This document shows positions 24,031 through 35,310 of a DNA stretch of 64,000 bases, one piece after another. Within the stretch, counting starts at the first letter, position 1. Each line of letters starts with the position of its first letter. The stretch spans positions 38,256,001 to 38,320,000 of the forward strand of contig NC_087436.1 of NCBI RefSeq assembly GCF_036321535.1, in the 5' to 3' direction. The position numbers and the translations under genes were made by a program. This stretch comes from Camelus dromedarius. Lineage: Eukaryota. Below the pieces are notes generated by a model that saw only the letters and a list, made by a program, of their open reading frames with translations, had not been told where the DNA came from and searched no databases.

Positions 24031-25049
24031 AGTTAGAAGCGCAGAATTTAAAGTCCAACATAAAGCATCGTAATGTTTCATTCCTTTTCAACTTATTTTT
24101 AACCCAGAATGTTAATGATCAAATGTCCTATCATAGACCAAATGATAGCAAAAAAGATCAACTGTAGTGTGATTTCTCTCTATTATGTTGTGTTGAAAGC
24201 TATACCAAAGTTAAATATGAAATCTATGCTTCTCTGCAATTAAAATAAATTATATACAATCAAAAACAGCAGAGATTAAGATCGACAGCCAGTAACATCA
24301 ACATCCAAACCATACCCTGTCCCCAAACTCCGAGCTGTAATTTGCTAAGCTGAAAGAACAAACATACATTATTTGTACAGCCAGACATATGATTATCTCA
24401 ATAAAAGTATGTGTACCATCCCCATAAAGCAAAATCCAATACATTACTACAAAGCTGGAAAGCCAAATTTGACTCATTCTTATCTGACTGACTCATGCTT
24501 ATGAATAAACTTCAGTAAGTATTTTGTGCAACCATAACCTTAAAAAGTATGTATGATGCATTTATTACTCATTTGCAAAACATAGGGTTTTACCCAAGGG
24601 CAGCTGTTCCCTCCTTTTGTTATATATTCTAATATTTCATAATGTTACAGAGAATGACAAACATTGTTCCAGAAGAAAAATGGAGATTTATGTATTCTGT
24701 GCCATAATAAAACACAGTGGTTATGTGGCAAAATGAAAAAGGAAGATTGGGCTTTGCATCTATGGAGAGTAAGCATTCAATAAAGTTTTCTAATGCTTAC
24801 TTCTACCAGCAAAATAAAGGCAATCATCTAGACAAATCATGTGAAAGGAGTAATATTCCCTGAGAGAAGACACTGCAGACACAGACCAGCTAATTTCTGA
24901 ACATTTTTCATGTTTAGAACATTGTGCTTTATCTGGAATTCCTAGGGGTGAACAAAAACTATTCCTCTAAATTGATTTCTTCTTCTCTCCCCCGACCTCT
25001 CGACATTTCCCTCTTTCCAGAGTTGATTTATTGTGCACATACTATGACA

Positions 25050-25135
25050 GACAACCATTTATTGAGCACTGGCATTGACATACAAGTTCTGGCATACAAA
25101 GATGAAAATGATTCACATTCTTGTTGGGGAGCTAA
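25050..25135 (-). mobile_element. L2 3' fragment
   Basis: caaccatttattgagcac..gttctggcatacaaagatgaaaa. Confidence 0.5.
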
Positions 25136-25459
25136 ACTGAAAAAAATGATTACGTCAATAATTATATATTTAAATTGTTTTGTATATTCCAAGTACAAAA
25201 GTAGGAAAAAGGGAGGTAGAAATGGATAATACTCTAGGGAGGTATAAAGAGGTTGCCATAGAGGGTGGTTCTTCATAGTTCCGCACTTTGAAGGAACAGA
25301 GATCGAACAATGCCCTTTTTGACAGGGCAGGACAGATATCTGACTGTACCATGATATATCTCAGTCTTCTCTTTTTCATACATTTTTAATTGATAGCATG
25401 GTTCCTGGACACTTCCTCATTTGAGAAGTCCTCCTCCAACTTCACCAAATCAATCCTTG

Positions 25460-25620
25460 GTCCCATTCAGTATTTACTGTCTAACATGCCAGTCACTGTT
25501 CTGGGCTATAGAGCTCAATATGCTTTCAAGCAACTTCCATTCCAATGAGAAGGATATGAAAAGAATAAATCAAACAAGCTAAAATGATAGTGACTTTAGT
25601 TTAGGAGAAATGATATAGAT
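25460..25620 (-). mobile_element. L2 3' fragment
   Basis: cattcagtatttactg..atgccagtcactgttctgggc..tgctttcaagcaacttccattccaat. Confidence 0.55.
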
Positions 25621-25647
25621 CCAGGGGCCTGGAATGGTCTCCGAGAG

Positions 25648-25853
25648 TAGGGATGGGCAAACCATGGCCTGCCACTTTATTCCTTAAATAGAATTTGCTT
25701 GGAACCACCGTCACAAACATTCATTTACATGTTGTCTTTGGCAGATTTCCTGCTATAATGGCAGATTTTGGAGTTTGCGACAAAGACCTTATGACCCCCA
25801 AAGGCTAAAATATTTACTATATAGCCCTTGGCAGAAAGTTTGCTGATCCCGTT
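25648..25853 (+). mobile_element. MER58A hAT-Charlie MITE
   Basis: ggcaaaccatggcc..ttggaac..cattcatttacatgttgtctttggc..gcgacaaagacc..ctaaaatatttactat..aaagtttgctgatccc. Confidence 0.85.
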
Positions 25854-25889
25854 GTAGAAAACAGGTACTAGATCTAAGACCTGAGTGAG

Positions 25890-26420
25890 AAATTACCTTG
25901 AGATTTTGTGACTTAAAACAATAAACCTTTATTATCTCATAATTTCCATGGGTCAAGAATCCAGGCATGGCTTAACTGGGTCCACGGGCAGGGGGTCTCC
26001 AGCAAGAATGCAGTCATGGTGTCAGCTGGGGCTGCAGTCATCTCCAGGTTCAACTGGAGGGGATCTGCTGTCAGGTGCCTTCACAAGCTGTTGGCAAGAT
26101 GTCAGTCTTCGTTGGCTATTGGCTAGAGACATCATTTTCTTGCCTTATGGGTTTCTCTAAGGGGATACTCACAATGTAACATCTGGCTTCCCTTAGAATG
26201 CGGGATTAGAGGGCATGAAAGTGAGACACACAGAGAGCCCAAAACAGAAGCCCCTATCTATCTATATCCTACTCTTAAAGTGGCTTCTCACTAATTTTGT
26301 CATGTTCTTTTCATAAGAATGAGTCTGGAGGTTTAGCTTATGCACAGGGGCTGGGATGACACAGGACATAGATATCAGGAGATGGGGATTTTGGGGAACC
26401 ATGTTACAAATTGCTTACCA
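25890..26420 (-). mobile_element. MaLR LTR (MLT1F/G-like)
   Basis: gtgacttaaaacaataaac..tttattatctca..gggtcaagaatccaggcatggcttaactgggtcc..gtcagctggggctgcagtcatct. Confidence 0.8.
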
Positions 26421-26424
26421 CAAG

Positions 26425-26745
26425 GAGTAGTTCAAGGAGGAAGAACATTCTAAACAAATTGCAAAGCCCCCAAGTTAAAAATGAGCTTGGTTGAAATAGC
26501 AGAATTAAGTCTTTGAGGAACATTAAGCTAGTATGACTGGATCGTGTGGAAGGAAAAGCAGATATAGGGGAAATAAGGTCTGAGAGGGCAGACCTGGATA
26601 ACAGAGATTTATAAATCATGGAAAAGTAGTTGGATTTTATTTCAAATATAATTGAAGTCCACTGGAAAACTTTAAGTTGGGGAGATGACATACTTAGATT
26701 TATGCCTTAAAAAGATTTATTTAGCTGACTGAATGGAAGATAAAC
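26425..26745 (-). mobile_element. L2 LINE fragment
   Basis: ggaagaacattctaaac..gcaaagcccc..tttgaggaac..ttggattttatttc..ccactggaaaactttaag..agatttatgccttaaaaagat. Confidence 0.75.
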
Positions 26746-27999
26746 TTTGCTAGCTAAGGCCATGCAGTTAATTTCACTTGTCATAGGAATCCCTGGTAAT
26801 ATGGATACTGAGCATGAGGGGTACTGGAAGACCCTTTAAATTTACTGACAACAGTAGATTAAGGATACTTCAGTGGCTAGAAGATCACTTAATAAATATG
26901 GATGTGACAATGCAAGTATTCTAAATTAACTAAATTTTGGCAGGAAAAACTGCTTTTTGAAAAGTTGTATTTTAATGAATAATTGAAATGTATTTTACAA
27001 AAGTTCCACATGGCTATTGTGGCAGATACTGTCCATTGCTATAAACACAAAATGGTATGTTGTCAACCCCTTTTTGATTAAATGTTTATTAACAACATCA
27101 TATTCGCTTTTTGAGTCTAAACATTCATTTGCCCTGTCCATACTCAAAAAAAGAGACATAATCTAGTTTAGCAAAGACATATTCAATTTTTCAATTCTAA
27201 CTGCTTAGGTGGGCATGTCCTCTACTTTATTCTGGTACAGCTTTTTATATATAATATATATACCATATAATCCTACATTTAATTTTAAATTTGTTTTCCA
27301 TATGTAAATAGCAGTAATAATACACTTGTCTGGGAAATAGAATTGTGTAAAAGAAAATTTAGAAGATGTATCTATTTCCAAAATCCTACCATAAGTTTCT
27401 ATTAATTGTTATCAACTTTTTATGAGTCAGAGGAAATACCCTCCTCTTCCATGAGTTGTTTGCTGGCCACATCTATATTTGTAGTTCCCTAAAAAGAATA
27501 TCTCTGCTCGAATTAATCATAATTAATATGTGATTATCCAAGTCCATCTCTTCCCCAAGAAGCATCAAGAAGCAGTATGACATGTTATTTAGAAATACAG
27601 AGTTAAATACCAGACAAAGAATCAACTAAATATCTAAAAGTTGAAAATGGCTAACTGAGTACTAGAGACGTGTTCTATATATTTGGGTGCATGGTGGACA
27701 GGAGATAGCTCTCTTTGTTTTAAATAAATCTTATTGAATTCTTTGGTGTTTTCAAATTATTTGCATGTGTCACTTGGAAAATAATATTTAAAAAGGTGTG
27801 TGAATTGTGACTTAATTTCTAGCTAGAATACATCACAGTAACTTTCAGAAATATGCTCCAATACCTAATCATATTACCTTTGACATACACATTCTTTTAA
27901 GCTTTGTCCAAAATGCAGTCATAAACATAACTTAGTCTCTTGACTCCTCCAAATAATATCTCAGTCATATAGAGTGTGGAGTAGATAACAAAGCAGTTT

Positions 28000-28150
28000 T
28001 TTTTTTCATATGTATCATCTCATTTTACCCTTTGCATAATTTAGTAAAGTAAGCCAGGAAATTATTACCACTTTACAAATATGGAAACTGACGTTCAGAA
28101 AGATTAGAGATTGGACCAGGCTCCTATTCCATCCATTGATGCTTTACTTA
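28000..28150 (-). mobile_element. MIR SINE fragment
   Basis: tatcatctcattt..attattaccactttacaaatatggaaactgacgttcagaaagatta. Confidence 0.6.
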
Positions 28151-28379
28151 ATGTTCATTCAATGGTACTATATACGTTAAATCCAGTGTTTTTCCCCTAT
28201 AGTACATGATACACATGAAGGGCCACCTGTACCCAATGATACAGTTTCATTGCTTTCAGGAGGCCAAGTATTTGAGCTATGTAATATTCCACTTGGACTA
28301 TGCTTTGGGGCTAATTTGACTTCAGGCTCAGATAATAATACCCATACATGGTCTATTAATCTTTCCACTGTTTCATATA

Positions 28380-28420
28380 TGTGTGTGTGTGTGTGTGTGT
28401 GTGTCTGTGTGTGTGTGTGT
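28380..28420 (+). repeat. (TG)n microsatellite with one TC interruption
   Basis: Read directly. Confidence 0.97.
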
Positions 28421-30384
28421 ATACATATTTATACACTTGTTTATGCATTTACTTATTTTGCATTTGAATTTCTAAAGAAACAGCAGTAGCTGAAGATATG
28501 ACCACTATGATCATATTTTCCAATGATTTTCTTCTTTTTAATGTTCCAGTTGTTCTTTTCCAAAGAATCCATACAATTGTAATGCATACTGTATAAAGAT
28601 AAACTATTCAATTTCAATCCACCATAAAATGACTTACTGGAATTTGAATAAGAAACAGATGATTGACAAGAAATCTATCTAAACTAAAAAGCTATGCACC
28701 ATGAAATCTGGAATGGTCTTATCAGTTCCTTGAACTATGATGATATAGTCTGCAGATAAATATTTCTACAATGTCTTGAACTCTTCCAAACCCAAAGACA
28801 GGATAAAATGCTTTCATTTATAGCCACAAATTCAAGGCAAAACACTTGTCTTTATTTTATAATTAGTATACTAATGAAAATGGTCAAATAGGGAAATAAA
28901 ATTATTCTGGATTGTTTCATAATCAAGTCTATAGAAATTCATTCACTGTAGTAGTAGCATGATCAAGCAATAGCTACAGCTATTACAAATATAATTTTAA
29001 TTTAAACTATTCAACAAGATTAATGAATAGATGATGCAAAAGGCATCACAGTTTAAAGTGTCTTTCAGTTGTAGCTGATCTTTTTTCTGAGGAAATATTT
29101 TTGTACTAGAAGTAAAGACCATGGCATAAAATGTATACAACTGATGACACAAGCTTCTGTTTCTTATGGGACTAGTTTTACTTCTTCAGGTTTTACTAAC
29201 ATTGATGCTTTGGTGTCCTTTAGAACTAAGAGTTATCAACACAAACCTTGTCTTGCTACAGTATGGTGAGAGAAGGTTAACAAACTTTGTAATGTTTACA
29301 ATTTCATTAGAAATATATCTTGGAGTAGACTAATGTTTTGAATTGCTTTTTTATTATGCAAGAACACCTCAAGTCTTTTCAACTAAATTTCTCTTTTATT
29401 ATCATTATGTTTTCTTTGAATCCAGTCAACTGAGAAAGAAAACAATTATTAATGCCTAAAGTTAATAAAAAAAATAATATACAGAGAGGTTTTCTTCTCT
29501 ATGGACGTGTTTACCATTTTCCGGGCAAGAGAAGATTGTACTAATATCCTTCAAATTTCCTCTGAAATGTTACTGTTAGAGAACTCTATTGTCCAGCAAT
29601 AGAGAATATAACTTCCTATTTTCTTCCCCGTGGAGAAAAGGCCAATAAAAAGCTTTTTAAATTTTTTAAATGTATACATTTAAAATTGAGAAACTCAAAA
29701 TATTCTACCAACCAACCACTAAATGTAAAGTATCTACTGAATCATCAAGTCTGCAATATCTTGTATGAACTTCTGAAATTTAACAAATTCTTCATGCTCT
29801 TCACAATTATGGAATAGAAACCTGCATATAAAATTCCTAAGTCCCAGGAAAATAGAAGTTCTGGCTTGTACCAGATATATCTGATTGTGCATCTGTGTCC
29901 CTCCAAGTGAACCAGGAGAGTATGTGATCCTTCCTGCCACTAGATCTGACTGGACAAGCAATGTGATAATCCATTGAAAGTCTATTCCTGATTGAAAGCC
30001 TGGCCCCAAGACCTTGTATTGGGTATGCTGGCTCCAAAATACAAATTGGGTCAGAGGTTTGCAGAAACTTTCTAATAGGCAGCAATGGGGAGGCTGGCCA
30101 TAGTCCTGCATACTAAGAAGACTTGTAGGAAGATGATTGGGAGCTGGTAACACTATGGACAGCATGGAATTTATGAGGACGAGAAATGGAGAGAGAAGAG
30201 AAAGCATTCTCTGGAGCTCTTCCGAAGGGCTACAGATTCAACCTGTCCTGGATTCTTATGGACATCTTACATGCATTTAAATACTATCCTACTCAACTGA
30301 TTTTTCTCTTGAAACTTTGAGTATACTTCCATTTCTTGTAAGAACCTTGACTAGGACATGATTATTATGAGCACCTGACTACAT

Positions 30385-30630
30385 AAAAGAGGCAGCCCAA
30401 TGCACAAGCAAGAAGAGTCGTGGTTGCCATGTATTCTAGCAAGGCCAGGCATTAGTGGTACAACCTTAGAGAGGTCATTCAGTTTCTCAGAGCTTAAGTT
30501 TTCTCATAAATAAAATAGGGAAAACAACCCACTCTTTATAGGATTATTACCAAGATTTTTTTAAGTGGATGCAAAACTATCATTTTTCTAACACAGAATA
30601 AGAGCACAATAAATGACGTCTACTTTATAA
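30385..30630 (+). mobile_element. MIR SINE
   Basis: ctcagagcttaagttttctcataaataaaataggg..ataggattatt..agcacaataaatg. Confidence 0.65.
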
Positions 30631-33320
30631 TCATGCAGTCAGGTTGTATACCCTTCATTTGGCCTGTACAAACTTTTAATTTTTTAATTTTACAATTAAT
30701 AAAATGTAAGGTACTAAAAAGGTGAAGTTTTCCTATCAGAGGAAATAGGCTAGAGTTCCCTTATGGGATTTTTTTTTTATAGCCTACACGTTTATGGACA
30801 TGAAACAGACAAGCCATGGAAACTGCATTTATTTTTCTGTACTGATTTTTTTTAGAAAATATGAATTGGTAAAGAACATGGGTATACTCACTCCTTATAT
30901 TTTCTTATACTGTTCACTCCAGTGCAGATGTAAGTGTATTCGGTGGTATCTGGCTATTATTTAATATCACCAAACTTTCTTCAAAAAGATAGATCCTTCT
31001 TTTTCAGATGATTAAAACAAGCAGACAGTGCATAAATTAACCACGATATGTATTTCCTTAAACACTCACACAGTACCAGATCCATCCATAATGTATACCA
31101 TAATCCAAATACTCTTTTATCCAAGTGTCAGGAAGAGTTTCTTATAAACACCATAACTGAATACATTCTGCACATTTCCTTAGGCAAGACTATAGCCATT
31201 TTACATGAAGTTCCCATCTTTCCATGTGAATATACAATATGCCTGGCCTTTGCAAAACAGACTTTCAACAGAAGAGAACAAATTAATTCATTATTTTTCA
31301 CTTCACAATGAGAAAAACAGCTGAGGACCCTTAATTGAAACAATGAGAGGACACGCAGTCCACAGAACTCTTTCAAAAAGAGTAACCCTTAAATGCTTTC
31401 CCTTAGGAGGGACTTTGAGAAAATAAAGTGAATAAATAAACTTTGGTGGACAAATTCCCAAATAGTCTTTTCTAAATTGAAACCATCTACACATAAAGTC
31501 AACAGATCCTTTTTTGTTAAAAATTTCAATGTCATTTTTACATTCAATTTTAAACTTTCACTGTTCATCTTACCAAATAAAATTTTAGTTATTGGACATT
31601 GTGCAAGTTCCTTGCTCTATGACAGAATTTCAAACATTTTTGTGTTTATACCTTAGTGATAGTTTATAATAATGATAACCTGAAGCAAAATTAATTCCAT
31701 CCTCACTCACTGCTGGCTTACTCTAAAATAAATGACATGTTCAACAATAACATTCAAAGCTTTGTTTGTGAATTTAGTAACCCTGTGTAACACACCTTTT
31801 TTCTCAGTAGCTTTGATTCTTTTTTAATTACCAGACCTGAAAACCAGCTCAAGTTGTCTGCTGTTTACAAAAAAAAAAAGAACAAATGCAGTCTGGAAAC
31901 AAGATCAGAACCTCAAATGACTATAATTATACGCAGCCCCCTCTCAGGCCTTCCTGAGACTATCAAGCCACAGGCATTTCTTCATTGATTCTGGGATTTT
32001 TGTGGAATTATTTATTTAAAATAATGCATATGTTATAAGAAAAATCTTTCTTACCAACCAAAACTGAACAAAGTTTTTTCAACACTGGTAATTATCTGTG
32101 ATTTTTAAATTTTTTCACTTACTAATGTATTAGATATGTTTAATGTAAAGCATGTAAAAGTTCTAAAAATCACAGCTTTTCTCCCAGGAGCAATAATAAA
32201 TGTTAAATAAACTGTCATTGTTTAATTCTATGAAAATAATTGTAAAGGACAGTACAATAAATGCATTATTTAGCTTCTCAGTCTTCCAGGTTAGTGTGGT
32301 ACTTATCACATTTTATCCAATGTTTTAAAGTAAAGCAAAACTCTGGATTTGCTTTTGTGCTACCATATGCAACATCAAGCAGCTATCAGAAACAAAAAGC
32401 AATGCAAATACAAGAAATCAACTGAGCAAAGATTTCTCCATTTCACCCTTGTTTTACTAAGAAATAAATAGTTTAATGATCTATTTCACTATATGCGAGT
32501 GTAAATATAAAGAACATTGTTAGTTTATAGTTCTAAAGAAGAGAAGTTTTATCATATTCAAAATGCACAAAGCTGATATTACAACAGGAAGTCTAACAGA
32601 AGTGAGAAATTCAAAGCAATTCAGTGTATAAAATCATATTAAAATGATAAATTATTTAGCACAATTTTGTAGTGTTTATCTTATAAGGCAGCCAAGAAAC
32701 ATTTTTTAAGGGCCTTCCAAAGGAAGTTTTCCCTCTTTTTTGTAACATCATACATTGTCTTTGCTTGGCTGTAAAGGACAAGTTAGTTTTTTAGTAGATC
32801 CATTAAAAACAGAATTATGTTTTTGGTTTGTGGTATTATTCATATATTTTCAAATACAGTTTGCTAACATACAAGTTATCGAGTTTCCTTATGAGTTCTA
32901 GATAAATACCACTCAAATCTGTGTCTGAGCAGAGGGCATGAGAGTAGGTTAGTTAAATGAATTGGAAGAGAGTAAAAGAAAGCTATGTATGAATATGCCC
33001 CCAAAACATAATCGCTATGGGGATTGTGGCAAAGATATAATTAGTTATTTGGGGAAACAAAATGGAAATAAGAATTGAAGAGAATTGGGAAAATATATTT
33101 TTCTACTTTAAGATTTATTTCTTAAATTTCTTATCAAAATTGTTATTAAGAAAATTCTTGTCTTGATGTTTGTTTGTATGCGTGTTCAACATTTAACCAT
33201 TATGGCTTTTAAGCAACAACGTTCAGTAGTGCCTTTGATTTGCTTCAGTATAATGGGCACTCCTTGGGTTTTAAATTTTGTTTGGATAAAAGTGAGGCAT
33301 GTTAGGATTGGGGAACTTAC

Positions 33321-33352
33321 CTTAACTTCCCAAATCCCTTAATACTCCAAAG
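33321..33352 (-). other. Candidate 32-nt internal exon
   Basis: Minus strand: ctccttctcagttctgttttcactgcag| acceptor and AAG|GTAAGT donor. Confidence 0.3.
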
Positions 33353-35129
33353 CTGCAGTGAAAACAGAACTGAGAAGGAGCAATCTGCAGGCCTTTCCTT
33401 TGGAACCTAGCTTGAAAAGGGCCTTTTCCACAGGACAGTTTTAAAAAAGATATAAAAATAAGCCCTGTTAATATGTTATTTAATTTTAAATGAACATCCC
33501 TTTTGAACAAAATAAATCACTTATAAAAAAAAAACATTGGTTCAGTCCAGAGTTATAGGTTGAGGTGGCATGCCTAGTGTCTTAAAGGAGACCTGGATTA
33601 TTTTGGATGGCTCCAAGAAAAAGCCATTAAGGCTAGGAAACATGAATCCTTGCTGTCTATTGAAGGTCACGTTGTTCTGTCCTCAACTCTGTAAATAAAA
33701 CCCCATCAGCTACTTGGGTTTCTGCGTGAATCAAGGAGAAGCAGCTCATGGTGGTTGTTTAACCTCACACAGAAACAAAGAAAGATTAAATGCCAGTAGC
33801 ATAAGGTCTCTTTTATCTACCTAGGAAGAAACCAAGGTCCTCTTTGGCTTCTCTCTCTCTTATTTTTTCCCCACCACCCTAGCTATTTTAAGTGACTTTC
33901 AGGAGAATCTATAAAAAACACTGGTCAGACTATTTCAAAATCCAACCAAGTATTTTTCTTTTGAGTGTTTAGATAAAACAAGGTGAAAACTGTAAGTGGT
34001 TAGGAATAATCTCCAAGGTTTTGAACTAGGTGACCACATCCTGACTTTAGGTTTATTTCATGGATACTGCTCTCTTTTCCTCCACCCCCATTTAATTATC
34101 AGCAGGAACAGCTAATCAGTTTGTTTACAGATATGGAAAAGAGGATGTGAGCACCAATTATAGAAACCAACAATAAAATTTTTTTTCTTCCCTGATCAAA
34201 GAGACCAAGAGATAAATCCACACTGAGAGGAGCAAAGGTCCTTTTCCCTAGGCATTCCCAGAATTTACAATATATAGCAAACTCCACCAGGCTCTCAACA
34301 GCTTTGCTGAATGTGACAGGCCTAATCAGTTGTTACACAGGCCAGATGCACATGGGCAATTAGCACTTTCCACCAGTCTCTAACCTGTGACCCTTCTTTC
34401 TTTATAGATTAACGCCCAGGACTCTGATCCACCGACATCAGTAAACAATTCAAATCCAAGCATGTTACCTTAAAGGATGGAAAGCGATTCAGAAAGTTGC
34501 TAATCACAGTTAAATTTGACAAAAACTGAAAGATATGCTAAACTCTGTGGGATAACTATATAGTATAAACTCCTTATGCATCAGTGTGCTTCATGTTAGA
34601 AAGTCCACCCCCTGCCAGATATGAAACATATTTAGCATATTTATAAGGAATACTAGACTAACAATGTTTGACATCCTCACTGCGTTCACTTTCAGTTCTA
34701 TTATTACTCCAAACAGTTCCTCCAAAAACATTCACTTGCAAACAGAAGAATTATGAACAATTTTGGAAAAAAAGAAAAAAAAAGACTGTTTAAAAGCTAT
34801 TTATATTTTCATTGAGTAGCTTTCTGGAGAATGATACTGGATTAATTACAGCATTATAAAAGATGCTATAATTTTAAACACTTTTTCCTGTATTCAATCA
34901 CATATAGAACTAAATTCACAAGACTTCGTCGTAAGTTTCAAATTGAACATAATGGAAACGTTCTAATTTTTGATAAGCTAGTGAGGAAATGCCTGGATAA
35001 TTTCACACTTCTTTGAGTAAACAGAAGAAAGCCTAGAGTTTATTCATCCAGCACTGCCTCCAGAGGTGATCTTTACATCTCTAAATGTCTCTAGAGGACT
35101 TCCTGGTACGTACCATGTTCAGAAGATGG

Positions 35130-35310
35130 GGCCATGTAATTAAATGGAAAACACCAACTTTGGCGAAAGGCAAGCCTAAGCTTGAATAGTTACTAGTTGT
35201 GTATGACCTTCGGCAGGCTGCTCACTCTTTTCTCATCTTCTTTTTTCTCATCTACAAAGACAAGGATGATAATATTTTTCAGGGATAAGCTAGGATTTAA
35301 AAAGTAACAG
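35130..35310 (+). mobile_element. MIR SINE fragment
   Basis: ttactagttgtgtatgaccttcggcagg..ttctcatctacaaa..ggatgataata. Confidence 0.6.

Noticed and set aside
34385..34530. Strong plus-strand acceptor cccttctttctttatag as a coding exon start
   Set aside because: All three frames hit stops quickly and no good donor follows.
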